The notes: generated by a model from the letters alone, not told the origin. A DNA stretch of 64,000 nucleotides from Candidatus Omnitrophota bacterium (GCA_026416665.1 JAOAET010000028.1:3706-67705), one strand, 5' to 3'. Positions 42,523 to 52,850 are shown, counted from the first letter of the stretch. Program-made: numbers and translations.

Positions 42523-43440
42523 TTATAGACGTGTCTGTGTATAAATATAAACTAATTTTTCTAATAAATCAGGTGTCTCTTTATCCACCCAAATTATTCT
42601 CTTATCTTTCCTAAACCACGTCAATTGTCTACGCGAATACTGGCGGGTATTTTTTTTAATTAACTCTTTTGCTTCTTCTAAACTTAATTTACCATTAAGA
42701 TAATCTTCTATTTCTTTAATTCCAATTGCCTTACGCGCAGTTAAACTAAGTGATCCAGAAAGAAGTTTTCTTACCTCTGAGACTACACCTTTATTGAACA
42801 TCTCTTCTACCCGCTCATTAATGTTTTTATAAAGCTTTATTCGTTCTAAAGTTAAGCCGACAATGCGAATGTCATACTCCATACTTAATCCTTTACGTTG
42901 TTTCTGAAGTTTTGAGATAGGAATACCTGTAGTCTCATAAACTTCTAATGCACGAATAATCCGCCTTAAGTCATTTGGATGAATCTTGTCTGCTGCCTCA
43001 GGGTCTATTATTTTTAGTCGTTCATAAAGTTGACCTATCCCGGACTCTTTTGCTTGCTCTAAAAGTTGGTTACGCAGTAGTTTACTATCTATATTTAACT
43101 CAAAAATTCCATCGACTACTGTTGACATATATAACCCGCTTCCTCCAACAAACAAGGGAACCTTATTTCTTTTTAAAATCTCTTGCACTTTAATAAGTGC
43201 TAACCTACGATATTCTGAAACATTGAATTCTTTTTCTACTGGAATGATACTAAATAAATGATGTTTAACAGAATGCCTTTGCTTTAAATCAGGTTTTGAG
43301 GTAAGTATATCCATACCTTTATAAATTTGCATTGAGTCGCAACAGATAATTTCTGCATTAAGCCTCTGGGCTAAAGAAATAGATAACGTGGTCTTACCCA
43401 CAGCCGTAGGACCAACTAGAAAAAAAAGTGTAGGTTTCAT
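42523..43440 (-). CDS. miaA: tRNA dimethylallyltransferase
   Basis: LVGPTAVGKT P-loop, 305 aa. Confidence 0.9.
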   Translation of the reverse strand: MKPTLFFLVGPTAVGKTTLSISLAQRLNAEIICCDSMQIYKGMDILTSKPDLKQRHSVKHHLFSIIPVEKEFNVSEYRRLALIKVQEILKRNKVPLFVGGSGLYMSTVVDGIFELNIDSKLLRNQLLEQAKESGIGQLYERLKIIDPEAADKIHPNDLRRIIRALEVYETTGIPISKLQKQRKGLSMEYDIRIVGLTLERIKLYKNINERVEEMFNKGVVSEVRKLLSGSLSLTARKAIGIKEIEDYLNGKLSLEEAKELIKKNTRQYSRRQLTWFRKDKRIIWVDKETPDLLEKLVYIYTQTRL

Positions 43441-43441
43441 T

Positions 43442-44449
43442 TTATGGATTAAGTTTGGTAGGATATCCTAAGCGCTCTAATTGTCTTTGTGCTTCTTTTG
43501 CTTGCTGAATTGTGGCATACATACCTACGCGGACTTTAAAAAGCTGTTTATTATTTTCTTTTGTATCTAAAACAAAGACAGGAAAATTTTGCCTTGCTAA
43601 TTTATTTTTTAGCCGTTCGGCATTTTCTCTTTTAGAAAACGCTCCTACTTGGATTATATAACCACCTTCGGGTTTAAAAATGACATCGTATTCTTTATGA
43701 TTTAAATATGTGGAATCTAAGCTGCCCAGCTGATTTGTTGAAGGCGGGGAAACTACGATAGTAGTAGATGTTCCTGAAGAAAATTCTTCATTTTTTTTTG
43801 ACGACGTTTGCAAAGCAATATCATTCAAATCTGAGGAGACATTTTGCTTATCTTTTTGGTGCTCATTATTTTGGAGGAATTGCGCTTTATTGGTCTGTAG
43901 AGTACTTACTAACTGCTTCTGTTTAGGTAGTAATTCACCAATAGCATTAGCCTCAAAACTACGCGGATACCGAGTAATTAATTTTTGCCGAAAATACTTT
44001 TGTTTATTATAATCGTTTAAACATTCATACGTTTTACTTAAACGGTAATAGATACCCGCCTTAAGTTTTGTGTTTGGTTCTTTTTCAAGAAGTGATTGAT
44101 AAATACTTGCTGCTTTGCTAAAGTCTCCTTTAAGATATGCAATATCTCCTAAACCAATAATTGCCTCTTCAGAAAATTTACTACCTTTGAACTCACTACA
44201 AATAATCTGAAATACATCTTCGGCACGTAAATAATTTGCGCTTTTAAGGTAACTTAACCCTAAAAAATAATAGACTTCATCAAGACCATTTCTTGTTTGC
44301 GCCCGTGCCAAAATAGCTTCTGCCTCCTTGATTGTCTGCTGATAATCGCCTGCTAGAAAATATTGTCTCAGCATTTGAGTATCTATTGCAAAAACAAAAG
44401 ATAACCTCAACAGAATTAACAAACTTATACTAAGTAGCTTTTTTTTCAT
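43442..44449 (-). CDS. TPR-repeat protein with C-terminal SPOR (septal peptidoglycan-binding) domain
   Basis: Signal/TM N-terminus, TPR motifs, and a C-terminal YIIQVGAFSKRENAERL...FKVRVGMY SPOR fold signature. Confidence 0.65.
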   Translation of the reverse strand: MKKKLLSISLLILLRLSFVFAIDTQMLRQYFLAGDYQQTIKEAEAILARAQTRNGLDEVYYFLGLSYLKSANYLRAEDVFQIICSEFKGSKFSEEAIIGLGDIAYLKGDFSKAASIYQSLLEKEPNTKLKAGIYYRLSKTYECLNDYNKQKYFRQKLITRYPRSFEANAIGELLPKQKQLVSTLQTNKAQFLQNNEHQKDKQNVSSDLNDIALQTSSKKNEEFSSGTSTTIVVSPPSTNQLGSLDSTYLNHKEYDVIFKPEGGYIIQVGAFSKRENAERLKNKLARQNFPVFVLDTKENNKQLFKVRVGMYATIQQAKEAQRQLERLGYPTKLNP

Positions 44450-44510
44450 TGGTTGTCTTTCTCTTACTTCGAAAACGGCCTATTAATTTAAATAATAACT
44501 TCCCAAAATC

Positions 44511-45740
44511 TTATCTATTCTCCCTTTGCCCTTGCTTTTTAGCAAGTGAAATTTTTTTCTGCAAAGCTAGTATCTTTGTATGGCGACGTTTTTTTTCATC
44601 TTCCGGCACATCATCTATAAAAGTAGCTGCCTGCGTGTAGGGACGTGGAGAATATTTAAATATATAGGCGGCATCAAAACGAACCTGTTTAACTAACTGG
44701 TAAGTTTCATCAAAATCTCTTTCCGTTTCACCAGGAAAACCTACAATAATATCGGTGGTCAAAACACCTTCAGGTAGAATATCCCGATATTTTTTAACTA
44801 ACTCTAAATAAAACTCTTTTGTATATCCGCGGTTCATCCGTTCAAGAATTTTATTTGAACCTGATTGTACGGGTAAATGCAAATATTTTTTTACTTTCTG
44901 ACACTTGCGCATTGTTTCAAATAAAGAAACAGTTGTGTCACCAGGATGAGAAGTAATAAAACTTATTTCGTCTAAACCTTCCAGCCCATTCACTATCTCT
45001 AATAAATCTGTGAAAGTTACGCATTTATCCGGTGAGAAACTATTTAAATAAACATAAGAACTCACGTTCTGTCCTAAAAGCGTTAATCTCTTAAGCCCTA
45101 TATCAATTGCCTGTTTTATCTCTCTTAGAATATCTCTATAATCCCTATGGCGTAATGGCCCTCTAGTATAAGGGACAACACAATAAGAACAAAATTTAGA
45201 ACAGCCTTCTGAGATTACTACATAAAAATGAGATTTGTCATTATACCATTTTGTATGATAGATTGACGGGGAACGCTTGTTTCCTTCGGTATACCAAATC
45301 TTATAGGTATAAAGTTGGCTTCCTGTCGTAGTTTTCTCTGAAGAAAAAAACCTTTCCAGTAGCGCTGGTATTTTTTCAATGTCAGATGGCCCCACTACAA
45401 AATCTACTAAGGGAGAACGTTCAAAAATTTTTTCTTTATATAACTGTGCCATACAACCTACTACGCCAATGTAGGGTTTTTTATGTATATATGTGTCTGA
45501 CTTAGCTAATGGTAAATTTTTTTTAGAGTATCTTGTCTGTTTTACTACGCGTCCAATCTCACTAAATACTTTGTCTTCAGCATGCTTGCGCACTGAGCAG
45601 GTGTTAAAGATAACTACATCCGCTTCAGTAGGCGCATCAACAAAAACAAATCCCTTGTTACGTAACAAACCCATTAACACCTCGGAATCCCGTTCGTTCA
45701 TTTGACAGCCAAATGTTAATATACAAATCTTTTTTCCCAT
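44511..45740 (-). CDS. miaB: tRNA-i6A37 methylthiotransferase
   Basis: N-terminal MTTase domain (FGCQMN), radical-SAM CxxxCxxC (EGCSKFCSYC), TRAM C-terminus. It carries two insertions relative to the typical MiaB. Confidence 0.85.
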   Translation of the reverse strand: MGKKICILTFGCQMNERDSEVLMGLLRNKGFVFVDAPTEADVVIFNTCSVRKHAEDKVFSEIGRVVKQTRYSKKNLPLAKSDTYIHKKPYIGVVGCMAQLYKEKIFERSPLVDFVVGPSDIEKIPALLERFFSSEKTTTGSQLYTYKIWYTEGNKRSPSIYHTKWYNDKSHFYVVISEGCSKFCSYCVVPYTRGPLRHRDYRDILREIKQAIDIGLKRLTLLGQNVSSYVYLNSFSPDKCVTFTDLLEIVNGLEGLDEISFITSHPGDTTVSLFETMRKCQKVKKYLHLPVQSGSNKILERMNRGYTKEFYLELVKKYRDILPEGVLTTDIIVGFPGETERDFDETYQLVKQVRFDAAYIFKYSPRPYTQAATFIDDVPEDEKKRRHTKILALQKKISLAKKQGQRENR

Positions 45741-45802
45741 TTTTTAAATATTTTTTATCTAAAATTTTTTTACTTTAACTTCGTTTCTAAATTTTTTTAT
45801 TT

Positions 45803-46174
45803 TTAGATGTTTTGAGTGTTTTTTAAATGCCCTTTTTGCACAGAAAGGTCTTCCTTTGAGAAATTCAAAAATTTTATTCCTACTTCAAAGGGGTAACGCG
45901 AATCATCAATACGTTTACTCCAGACTACTTTTCCTTTAGTTCTAATAATTTTGTCGCTGTTAGAAATTTTTATTTCTAAATCAAGGATAGTCTCTGGTTC
46001 AAGTTTATGAAGAACAGGTAAAGCAATTCCAAGTTCTGAAATATTTTTTGTTCGAGAACCGCTTTTCAACAAACTATTGGCAAGAGAATATTTTGTCTCA
46101 AGATTTTTTGTTATCCTCACAGTGATCCTGCGTTCTTGCATAACCGTTCTCTCATTAAAATACATTACAAACAA
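45803..46174 (-). CDS. PilZ-domain c-di-GMP-binding protein
   Basis: RRITVR (RxxxR) and NISELG (D/NxSxxG), the two PilZ motifs. Confidence 0.55.
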   Translation of the reverse strand: MFVMYFNERTVMQERRITVRITKNLETKYSLANSLLKSGSRTKNISELGIALPVLHKLEPETILDLEIKISNSDKIIRTKGKVVWSKRIDDSRYPFEVGIKFLNFSKEDLSVQKGHLKNTQNI

Positions 46175-46450
46175 TATTATAACATCGATATTTTTTTTAT
46201 CAATTTTCTAGTTCTTACGACTTTTTTAAATTTTATTTAAAAATTAAAAATACAAAAATAAGCTGTTTTCTTCAATGGTCAAATCTCAATAAAACTTTGT
46301 AGCCTTTTGTTTATTCTAGTTTTTAAAATAACCTTAGAAAAACAAAGATTTTAGTTCTTATGAAAAGGTAAGAGAATTTAACTAAGTCGGTTAGAATATA
46401 TTTTAGGGAATAGTTACTTTAAGAATTTTATTGTTACTCTTGTATTTATT

Positions 46451-47185
46451 TTACTTAATCTTAGCTTCCTCGATTGCCTCAAGGACTGCATTTATTTCAA
46501 AGGGTTTAACCAAACAGGCGCGTAATTTTAGTTTCTCAACTTCTTTTTGCATCTCTTCAATATAGCCAGTCATCAGAATTATTTTAAGGTTAGGGTTAAT
46601 ATCTAATAGTTTACGATACAGTTCTAGACCATTAATGTCACTTAAACGAATGTCCAAAAATATTATTGTAAAATTTTTTTTCTGCACTTGTTCCAAAGCT
46701 TTTTGCCCCGTATCCACTGCTGTAACATTACACTTTGCTGTTTTTAGAATCCGTTCAAAAAGCTGACGTATATCTGCATCGTCATCAATTACTAAGACAT
46801 CTAATAATTGGTTGTCCATACCTAAAAACTCTTGTTCTATAAACTGGGAAAGTTCTTGAAGGTCAAAGGGTTTACGAATAGTTGTAAAAATACCAATCTT
46901 TTTTGCTTCAGCTAATTTGTCTTCTACAGAATAACCTGTCATCATTACAAACTTTGCTTTTGGGTTAATCTGCTTCATTTTTTTTAATATCTCTATTCCA
47001 TCCATTCCCGGCATACGCACGTCTAAAAAAACCCAATCGAAATTTCCTTTTTTTAATTCTTCTAAAGCTTGCTGTCCATCAGAGGCAACAGTTACTCCCA
47101 AACCCTTTAGCTCAAATAACTGCTTTAAAAGACCCCGCACACACGCCTCATCATCAACAACAAGCACTTTCACTGGTGGTTTCAT
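46451..47185 (-). CDS. Response regulator with two tandem receiver domains
   Basis: Two REC modules (VLVVDDE...DVRMPGMDG and VLVIDDD...DIRLSDINGLE), no output domain. Confidence 0.8.
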   Translation of the reverse strand: MKPPVKVLVVDDEACVRGLLKQLFELKGLGVTVASDGQQALEELKKGNFDWVFLDVRMPGMDGIEILKKMKQINPKAKFVMMTGYSVEDKLAEAKKIGIFTTIRKPFDLQELSQFIEQEFLGMDNQLLDVLVIDDDADIRQLFERILKTAKCNVTAVDTGQKALEQVQKKNFTIIFLDIRLSDINGLELYRKLLDINPNLKIILMTGYIEEMQKEVEKLKLRACLVKPFEINAVLEAIEEAKIK

Positions 47186-47595
47186 AATTCATCACCCCTT
47201 GTTTTATTTAGGGTTGCAATTTTACTTAGCAAACTCAACTCCAAGTAACTTAAATTAAAAGGTTTAGTAATATAATCGTATGCCCCTTCTTTTAAAGCCT
47301 CTTCCGCAATTTCTCTCTCTGCATAGGCAGTAATCATAATTACCGAAGTCTCGGGATATTTTGCCTTTATCTTGCGCAAAATCTTTATTCCGTTTACTCC
47401 TGGCATTTTAATGTCCAAAAACACTACATCCCGTTTTTCCTGCTCTAAGAAAAGAAGTGCCTCCTCGCCATTTTGAGCACAAGATACATTCGTAAAACCT
47501 TTTTGTCGCAAAAACCGTTCTAAAAATTCTCTAACTGCCTTCTCGTCATCCACGATAAGAATTTTCTCTTTTTTAGCTTCTGTGTTTATATCCAT
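47182..47595 (-). CDS. Single-domain (CheY-like) response regulator
   Basis: REC domain (ILIVDDE...DIKMPGVNG...KP). Confidence 0.85.
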   Translation of the reverse strand: MDINTEAKKEKILIVDDEKAVREFLERFLRQKGFTNVSCAQNGEEALLFLEQEKRDVVFLDIKMPGVNGIKILRKIKAKYPETSVIMITAYAEREIAEEALKEGAYDYITKPFNLSYLELSLLSKIATLNKTRGDEL

Positions 47596-47613
47596 AGCCT
47601 AATCTCCTTCTTT

Positions 47614-49698
47614 CTAACCACTGGTAGTCAAAACATTATTACCTTGCTCTATAACCGGTAGTCTTATTCTAAAACAAGTGCCTTCTCCTACGTTGCTTGA
47701 AACACTAATGTCTCCTCCGAGATCTTTTATAATACTGTAAACCAAAGACAGTCCTAAACCCGTTCCTTCTCCTATTTCTTTAGTAGTAAAAAATGGCTCA
47801 AATATTCTTTCTATATTCTCTGCAGGTATCCCAATTCCTGTGTCAGATATTTCCCAGATAATTTCTTTTTTTTGCCTATCATAACTAGTTTTTATTTTGA
47901 TAGTTCCATTACCCGTATTTTTTTTCTTAATTGCCCAACGCGCATTTGAGAGTATATCAAACAGTACCTGCTGGATGAGCTGTTCATCTCCAAGGAGCGC
48001 AGGCACATCTAAGGCAAGTTCTTTTTCAATAATTATATTTTCCAAGCGAAGGTCATGGGCGATAATTGCCACAACTTTTTCAACCTGCTCATTAATGTTA
48101 ACAGGTATCTTTCTTCCTTTAGATGCATGGGAAAAATCAAGCAGTGCCCGAGTAATTTTGACACAACGTTGGGCAGATTCTTCAATAATTGCAAGTAATT
48201 CTTTAAATTCATTGATATTAAAATCCTTTTTTTCTTGGGCAAGCATCTTGATAAGTTGAACATTGTTAAGAACACCGGTTAAAGGATTATTAATTTCATG
48301 AGCTACGCCTCCTGCTAAAGTACCTAATGAAGCCATTTTTGCTGCCTGAATTAACTGATTCTGGACTCGTTTCAACTCCTCATATGCCTTCTTAAGTGCC
48401 TCTTCAGTATTCTTAATAGCAGTAATGTCTCGCACCGTCTCAATAGCACCGACAATAGTGCCATCTAAGTCATATAATGGCGAAGCAATCGCCCAAACAT
48501 ACGCGCCATGGTTGTTATTTAGTTTGGGAACAAATACCTCTACAGTAAGCTTATTTTCTATGGCAGTTAGTCGCGGATAAAAATTTTCTGCCTCTATAGT
48601 CGGGTCAAGTAGCAAATCTACAAGAATCGGTCTTCTTTCACCATAAAACGGTAGCGCATATTCGTAATCACCTTTTCCTATAATATCTTTTGCAAGAATA
48701 CCTGTAAACTGTTCCATAGCTTTATTCCAAAAAATAACTTTTCTGTTAGAATCAATAACAAAAGTAGGGTCAGGCAAGAAATCAATTATATTAGCAATAT
48801 CCTGCTTTGACTTCATTAATTCTTTCTCAATACGTCTTCGCTCTTCTATTTCAAGCTGTAAAAGAAAGTTATACCTCTCTAATTCCTCTTTACGCTGTTT
48901 TTCCTTTTGGAGTAAATTCTTAAGTTCTTCAGTCATAGTATTGAAATACTCAGTAGCCAGCCCAATTTCATCATAATGAACAATCTTTAATCTTCCTGAA
49001 AAATCCCCACTTTTTACTCTCCGCATTCCATCAATAAGCCTGTCTATGGGGTATAAAATAATGCGTTTGAAAAATATCAAGATAGAAAAAGAAAGGATAA
49101 ATACTCCTAACGTAGACAAAATAATGTTTATATTTCTACTTTGTTTTACTTGCTTTAAAACTGACTCCCAATCTAATCCTATTCTTACTACTCCCAGAAC
49201 CTTGTCTTCTCTTCCATGACAGGGATAGCAGGATTTTTCATTAAAAATTGGGATGTGCTCAATAATTGTCCATCTCCCTGTTCTTTTTCTCTTCTCTATC
49301 TTCAAATAGGGTTTTCCTGTTAAGGAATCTTTTAGAGTATCAGAAATAGGTATTTGCCCAATTAAACTTAAGTCGGTGCTCCGACGAATAAATCCATTTT
49401 TATCAGTTAAATGAATCATGGCAACCGCTGGCAGTTTACTGTATTCGTTAAACTGCTTTTGAATAATATCTTGATCACCATTTAACATAGGATTGCGCAT
49501 AGCAGTTAAGATAACCTGTCCCAGTTGTGCGGCATAATTAAAGGCTAATTTTTCTAATAATGAACGTTGATAATAAATATTTATAGCGCTGATTAGTGCC
49601 AAAATAAATAAAACCGCGGAACAAAAAACAAATATAGCTTTTAACCATAATGAATTTCTTAAGATAATTTTTCCTATTTTTTTATCCCATAACTTCAT
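47614..49698 (-). CDS. Membrane sensor histidine kinase: periplasmic CXXCH sensor, HAMP, PAS, HisKA, HATPase
   Basis: Two TM helices flank a ~145-aa periplasmic domain ending in SCYPCHG. The cytoplasmic part has a HAMP, then a PAS, then a HisKA (HEINNPLTGV) and an HATPase (GTGLGLS). Confidence 0.85.
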   Translation of the reverse strand: MKLWDKKIGKIILRNSLWLKAIFVFCSAVLFILALISAINIYYQRSLLEKLAFNYAAQLGQVILTAMRNPMLNGDQDIIQKQFNEYSKLPAVAMIHLTDKNGFIRRSTDLSLIGQIPISDTLKDSLTGKPYLKIEKRKRTGRWTIIEHIPIFNEKSCYPCHGREDKVLGVVRIGLDWESVLKQVKQSRNINIILSTLGVFILSFSILIFFKRIILYPIDRLIDGMRRVKSGDFSGRLKIVHYDEIGLATEYFNTMTEELKNLLQKEKQRKEELERYNFLLQLEIEERRRIEKELMKSKQDIANIIDFLPDPTFVIDSNRKVIFWNKAMEQFTGILAKDIIGKGDYEYALPFYGERRPILVDLLLDPTIEAENFYPRLTAIENKLTVEVFVPKLNNNHGAYVWAIASPLYDLDGTIVGAIETVRDITAIKNTEEALKKAYEELKRVQNQLIQAAKMASLGTLAGGVAHEINNPLTGVLNNVQLIKMLAQEKKDFNINEFKELLAIIEESAQRCVKITRALLDFSHASKGRKIPVNINEQVEKVVAIIAHDLRLENIIIEKELALDVPALLGDEQLIQQVLFDILSNARWAIKKKNTGNGTIKIKTSYDRQKKEIIWEISDTGIGIPAENIERIFEPFFTTKEIGEGTGLGLSLVYSIIKDLGGDISVSSNVGEGTCFRIRLPVIEQGNNVLTTSG

Positions 49699-50093
49699 TG
49701 CTTTGAATTCCTCACAGCTAAAATGCGGTTTATAATTTCTGTCAAATTAAAAGGCTTATGCAATAGCTCAAAGTTGTGTCTGTTAATTTCTTCAATTAAT
49801 CTATCTTCACCATAGGCAGTAATAATATAAATTTTGGCATTGGGTTTTTTTTGGTGTATCTTTAAAGCTGTATCACAACCATTTAAACCCTGCATACGCA
49901 AATCTATAAAATATAAATCACAGCAAATTTTATCAGTTAGCTCTAAAGCCTTTTGCCCATTCTCTGCTTCATAAAGTTTTACATCAGTTAACTCGGCAAT
50001 ACGCCGGAATAATTGCCGAATTACCAAAGCATCATCAACAACCATAACTTTAAAAGGTGTTGAACTGTTATGTTGCTGTCCGTAGCTTTCCAT
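49695..50093 (-). CDS. Single-domain response regulator
   Basis: REC domain (VMVVDDALVIRQL...DLRMQGLNG). Confidence 0.8.
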   Translation of the reverse strand: MESYGQQHNSSTPFKVMVVDDALVIRQLFRRIAELTDVKLYEAENGQKALELTDKICCDLYFIDLRMQGLNGCDTALKIHQKKPNAKIYIITAYGEDRLIEEINRHNFELLHKPFNLTEIINRILAVRNSKQ

Positions 50094-50106
50094 ATTTTTG
50101 TGCGAT

Positions 50107-50301
50107 TTACTCTTTTTTTACTGAATTTATAATCTGCTCAAGGTCAGTTTTTCTAAAACGACGATGACCTCCCAAGGTTCTAAATGGTCTTAACAATCCT
50201 TTTTTTTCCCAGTTACGTAAAGTAAGCGGTAAAACTCCTAATAACTTGGCAGCCTCAGAAATCGTCAGTATTTCTTTAACAGAATCTTCCTTCTTTCTCA
50301 T
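50107..50301 (-). CDS. Stand-alone excisionase/MerR-type HTH DNA-binding protein
   Basis: 64 aa: ILTISEAAKLLGVLPLTLRNWEKKGLL...GGHRRF, an HTH_17-like domain. Confidence 0.5.
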   Translation of the reverse strand: MRKKEDSVKEILTISEAAKLLGVLPLTLRNWEKKGLLRPFRTLGGHRRFRKTDLEQIINSVKKE

Positions 50302-50317
50302 CTTCTAACCCTAATTA

Positions 50318-50689
50318 TTAACCAGTTAATTCCCGAATCATTCGCACTAACTCTTGCAATTTTACTGGCTTAGAAAGATATAACCAGCCACCGATAATAT
50401 TCTTTTTTTGATTAACCTCTTCTTCTTCTACAATGGCAGTCAGAAATACAACTGGTATATTGCGCGTCTCTACATCTGATTTTAGCTCTTGTGCAATGTC
50501 TGGACCAGATTTTCCAGGCATCATGACATCAAGAAAAATAATATCTGGTTTAGTTGACTTTACCTTTGCTACTGCTTCTAGGGCATTGGAAACAGTAACT
50601 ACTGAAAATTCTTTTGTGTCTTCTAAGTTTTGTTTTAAAAAGAAACAAAAGTCCGTTTCATCATCAATAATCATTACTGTTTTTTTCAT
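50318..50689 (-). CDS. Single-domain response regulator
   Basis: REC domain (VMIIDDETDF...DVMMPGKSG). Confidence 0.85.
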   Translation of the reverse strand: MKKTVMIIDDETDFCFFLKQNLEDTKEFSVVTVSNALEAVAKVKSTKPDIIFLDVMMPGKSGPDIAQELKSDVETRNIPVVFLTAIVEEEEVNQKKNIIGGWLYLSKPVKLQELVRMIRELTG

Positions 50690-52385
50690 TTTCCTTCCTT
50701 TCTTTTAACGGTAAAACCACACTTACACGCGTTCCTTTTCCAAGTTCACTTTCTATTAAAATTTTTCCATTGTGGTTTTCTATAATCATCTTGGCCATAG
50801 AAAGACCCAGACCTGTTCCACGCCTGTCGCGTTTAGTGGTAAAAAATGGTTCAAAGAGTTTAGACAAATTTTCAGGTGATATACCTTCTCCGGTATCAGT
50901 GACTTCCATAACACAGGCAGGTTTATCACCCAAAGCAGAATGTCTCGGATCAAAAAATGTGCGGATAAGCAAACTTCCACCATTGGGCATAGCATCCGTG
51001 GCATTAGAGAAGAGATTAAACAATACCTGCTGTATTTGATTACGGTCAACATATACGGTAGCATTATCATCAGCAAACTCGGTCTCAATACGAATATTCC
51101 TATTGGGAACGCGGTATTGAAATAATGCTAAGGCCTCAGTTACCAAATCATGACAAGTCACATATTCCAACACTGAGTTAGAAGGTCTAGCAAAGCGAAG
51201 TAGGTTAAGGATAATGGCGTTTGCCCGAAGAGTTGCTTCTTTCATTTTTTGTAAAGCTATAACAATGTTTTCTTCAGCAGCACTTAAACGAGCCTCTAGA
51301 TACTCCACACCACCTAAAACTATGGCTAAGGGGTTTTTAACCTCATGAGCAATACCTGCAGAAAATCTTCCTAATGCGGCTAATTTCTCGGACTGAATCA
51401 ACTGTGCCTGCGCTTGATTGAGTTTATCAATAGTCACATTCAAATCATAAATTTTTCTCTGTAACTGTTCATAAAGAGACGCATTTTCTAAAGCAATTGC
51501 TGCCTCATCAGCTAAAATACCAAGCAGTGTCTGTTCACGAGCAGTAAATCTTTCACCATCTGCTTTGTCTGATACATTAAGCACACCAAAGAGTTTATCT
51601 TGTGAAGCAATTGCAATGCTAACAAAAGTTGGTTCAGAATCCTTTTTGCTTTCATATCCATTTTCTGAATGAGAACGAAGATATAAAAAATTTTTTATAT
51701 TGCCACAGATTGATCTTCTTTCTAAAGCAACTTTTCCTGAGATACCTTCACCTAAAGGGATACGGGTGTTTTTAATAACTTCTTCTGGTAGACCTCTTGC
51801 TGCTTTTATAGAAAGGGTCTGGCTCTGTTCGTCTAATAAAAGTAGAGAACCACAGGTAGCGCCAGTTATTTCTAAAGCTGCTTGAAGAACTTTATTTAAA
51901 AGCTCACCTTTATCAATACTATTGGCAATAGAACGGCTTACTTCAAACATAGAAGCCAATTCACTTATTGCTACTTTATTTATATTTTTTCTCTGGCGTT
52001 CAAGACATCTCTCAACAATTGATAACAACTCAAACAAATTAAAAGGCTTGGTGATATAATCATAAGCACCTATTTTAAGCGCCTGAACTGCTGTTTCTAC
52101 GGTAGGATAACCCGTTAAGACAATCACCTCAACAAAGGGATTATGGCGTTTTACCTCCTTAAGTAAATCTAATCCACCTACCTTAGGCATCTTAAGGTCA
52201 GTAATCAATAAATTAATAAAATTATCTTGGGAAAGTAAAGATAAGGCGGCCTCCCCATTTTCCGCAGTAAAACAAGCAAAATCTTTTTGCTCAAGGAACA
52301 TTCGCAATGAATCACGAATAGCCGGCTCATCATCAACTACTAAAATTCGTGGCTTTTCATTACTCCGCACTTCCGTTTCATTCAT
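50664..52385 (-). CDS. Hybrid REC-GAF-histidine kinase
   Basis: N-terminal REC (ILVVDDEPAIRD...DLKMPKVGG), a central GAF, HisKA (HEVKNPLAIV), HATPase (GTGLGLSMAK). No TM segment. Confidence 0.85.
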   Translation of the reverse strand: MNETEVRSNEKPRILVVDDEPAIRDSLRMFLEQKDFACFTAENGEAALSLLSQDNFINLLITDLKMPKVGGLDLLKEVKRHNPFVEVIVLTGYPTVETAVQALKIGAYDYITKPFNLFELLSIVERCLERQRKNINKVAISELASMFEVSRSIANSIDKGELLNKVLQAALEITGATCGSLLLLDEQSQTLSIKAARGLPEEVIKNTRIPLGEGISGKVALERRSICGNIKNFLYLRSHSENGYESKKDSEPTFVSIAIASQDKLFGVLNVSDKADGERFTAREQTLLGILADEAAIALENASLYEQLQRKIYDLNVTIDKLNQAQAQLIQSEKLAALGRFSAGIAHEVKNPLAIVLGGVEYLEARLSAAEENIVIALQKMKEATLRANAIILNLLRFARPSNSVLEYVTCHDLVTEALALFQYRVPNRNIRIETEFADDNATVYVDRNQIQQVLFNLFSNATDAMPNGGSLLIRTFFDPRHSALGDKPACVMEVTDTGEGISPENLSKLFEPFFTTKRDRRGTGLGLSMAKMIIENHNGKILIESELGKGTRVSVVLPLKERKENEKNSNDY

Positions 52386-52415
52386 GAGAAAACCTCTTCT
52401 TTAGTTATCTTTTGT

Positions 52416-52787
52416 TTATTGTCTCAAAATACCCAGAACAGCACTCTTTAATTCATTTATATCTAAAGGCTTAGTAAAAATCTTTAGTATATTATATGGC
52501 TGTAACCGATAATCAACTTCCTTACTTAACCAACCTGTTATCACTATAACTGGGGGCGGCATTTTTAATTGATTTAACTTCTGTAATAATTGTTCTCCCG
52601 ACATAACAGGCATAACTAAGTCAAGCAAAATTAAATCTACTTTCCTATGTTGTATAAATTTCCAGGCATCTAGTCCATTTTGATAAACAAAAATGTTAAT
52701 TTTTTCTTTCGCTAAAATACGTTTAGTAAATTCCAAAATAATTTCTTCGTCATCAACTATGAGTAAATTTTTATATATTTTATCCAT
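52416..52787 (-). CDS. Single-domain response regulator
   Basis: REC domain (LLIVDDEEIILE...DLVMPVMSG). Confidence 0.8.
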   Translation of the reverse strand: MDKIYKNLLIVDDEEIILEFTKRILAKEKINIFVYQNGLDAWKFIQHRKVDLILLDLVMPVMSGEQLLQKLNQLKMPPPVIVITGWLSKEVDYRLQPYNILKIFTKPLDINELKSAVLGILRQ

Positions 52788-52850
52788 TTTAATTAAGTTT
52801 TAGCTCAATAATATAATAGCATATACTTTGTATAAATTCAAGGTAAATTT

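Noticed and set aside
46175-46450. 276-bp AT-rich gap between the dual-REC gene and the PilZ gene, checked for repeats, CRISPR-like arrays or small ORFs
   Set aside because: No direct or inverted repeats beyond simple A/T runs, and no ORF with an SD. It is treated as promoter/spacer DNA.
50786-51088. 100-aa minus-strand ORF and the 50770..51039 plus-strand ORF inside the REC-GAF kinase gene
   Set aside because: Both are alternate-frame shadows inside a kinase whose HisKA/HATPase motifs are continuous in the main frame.
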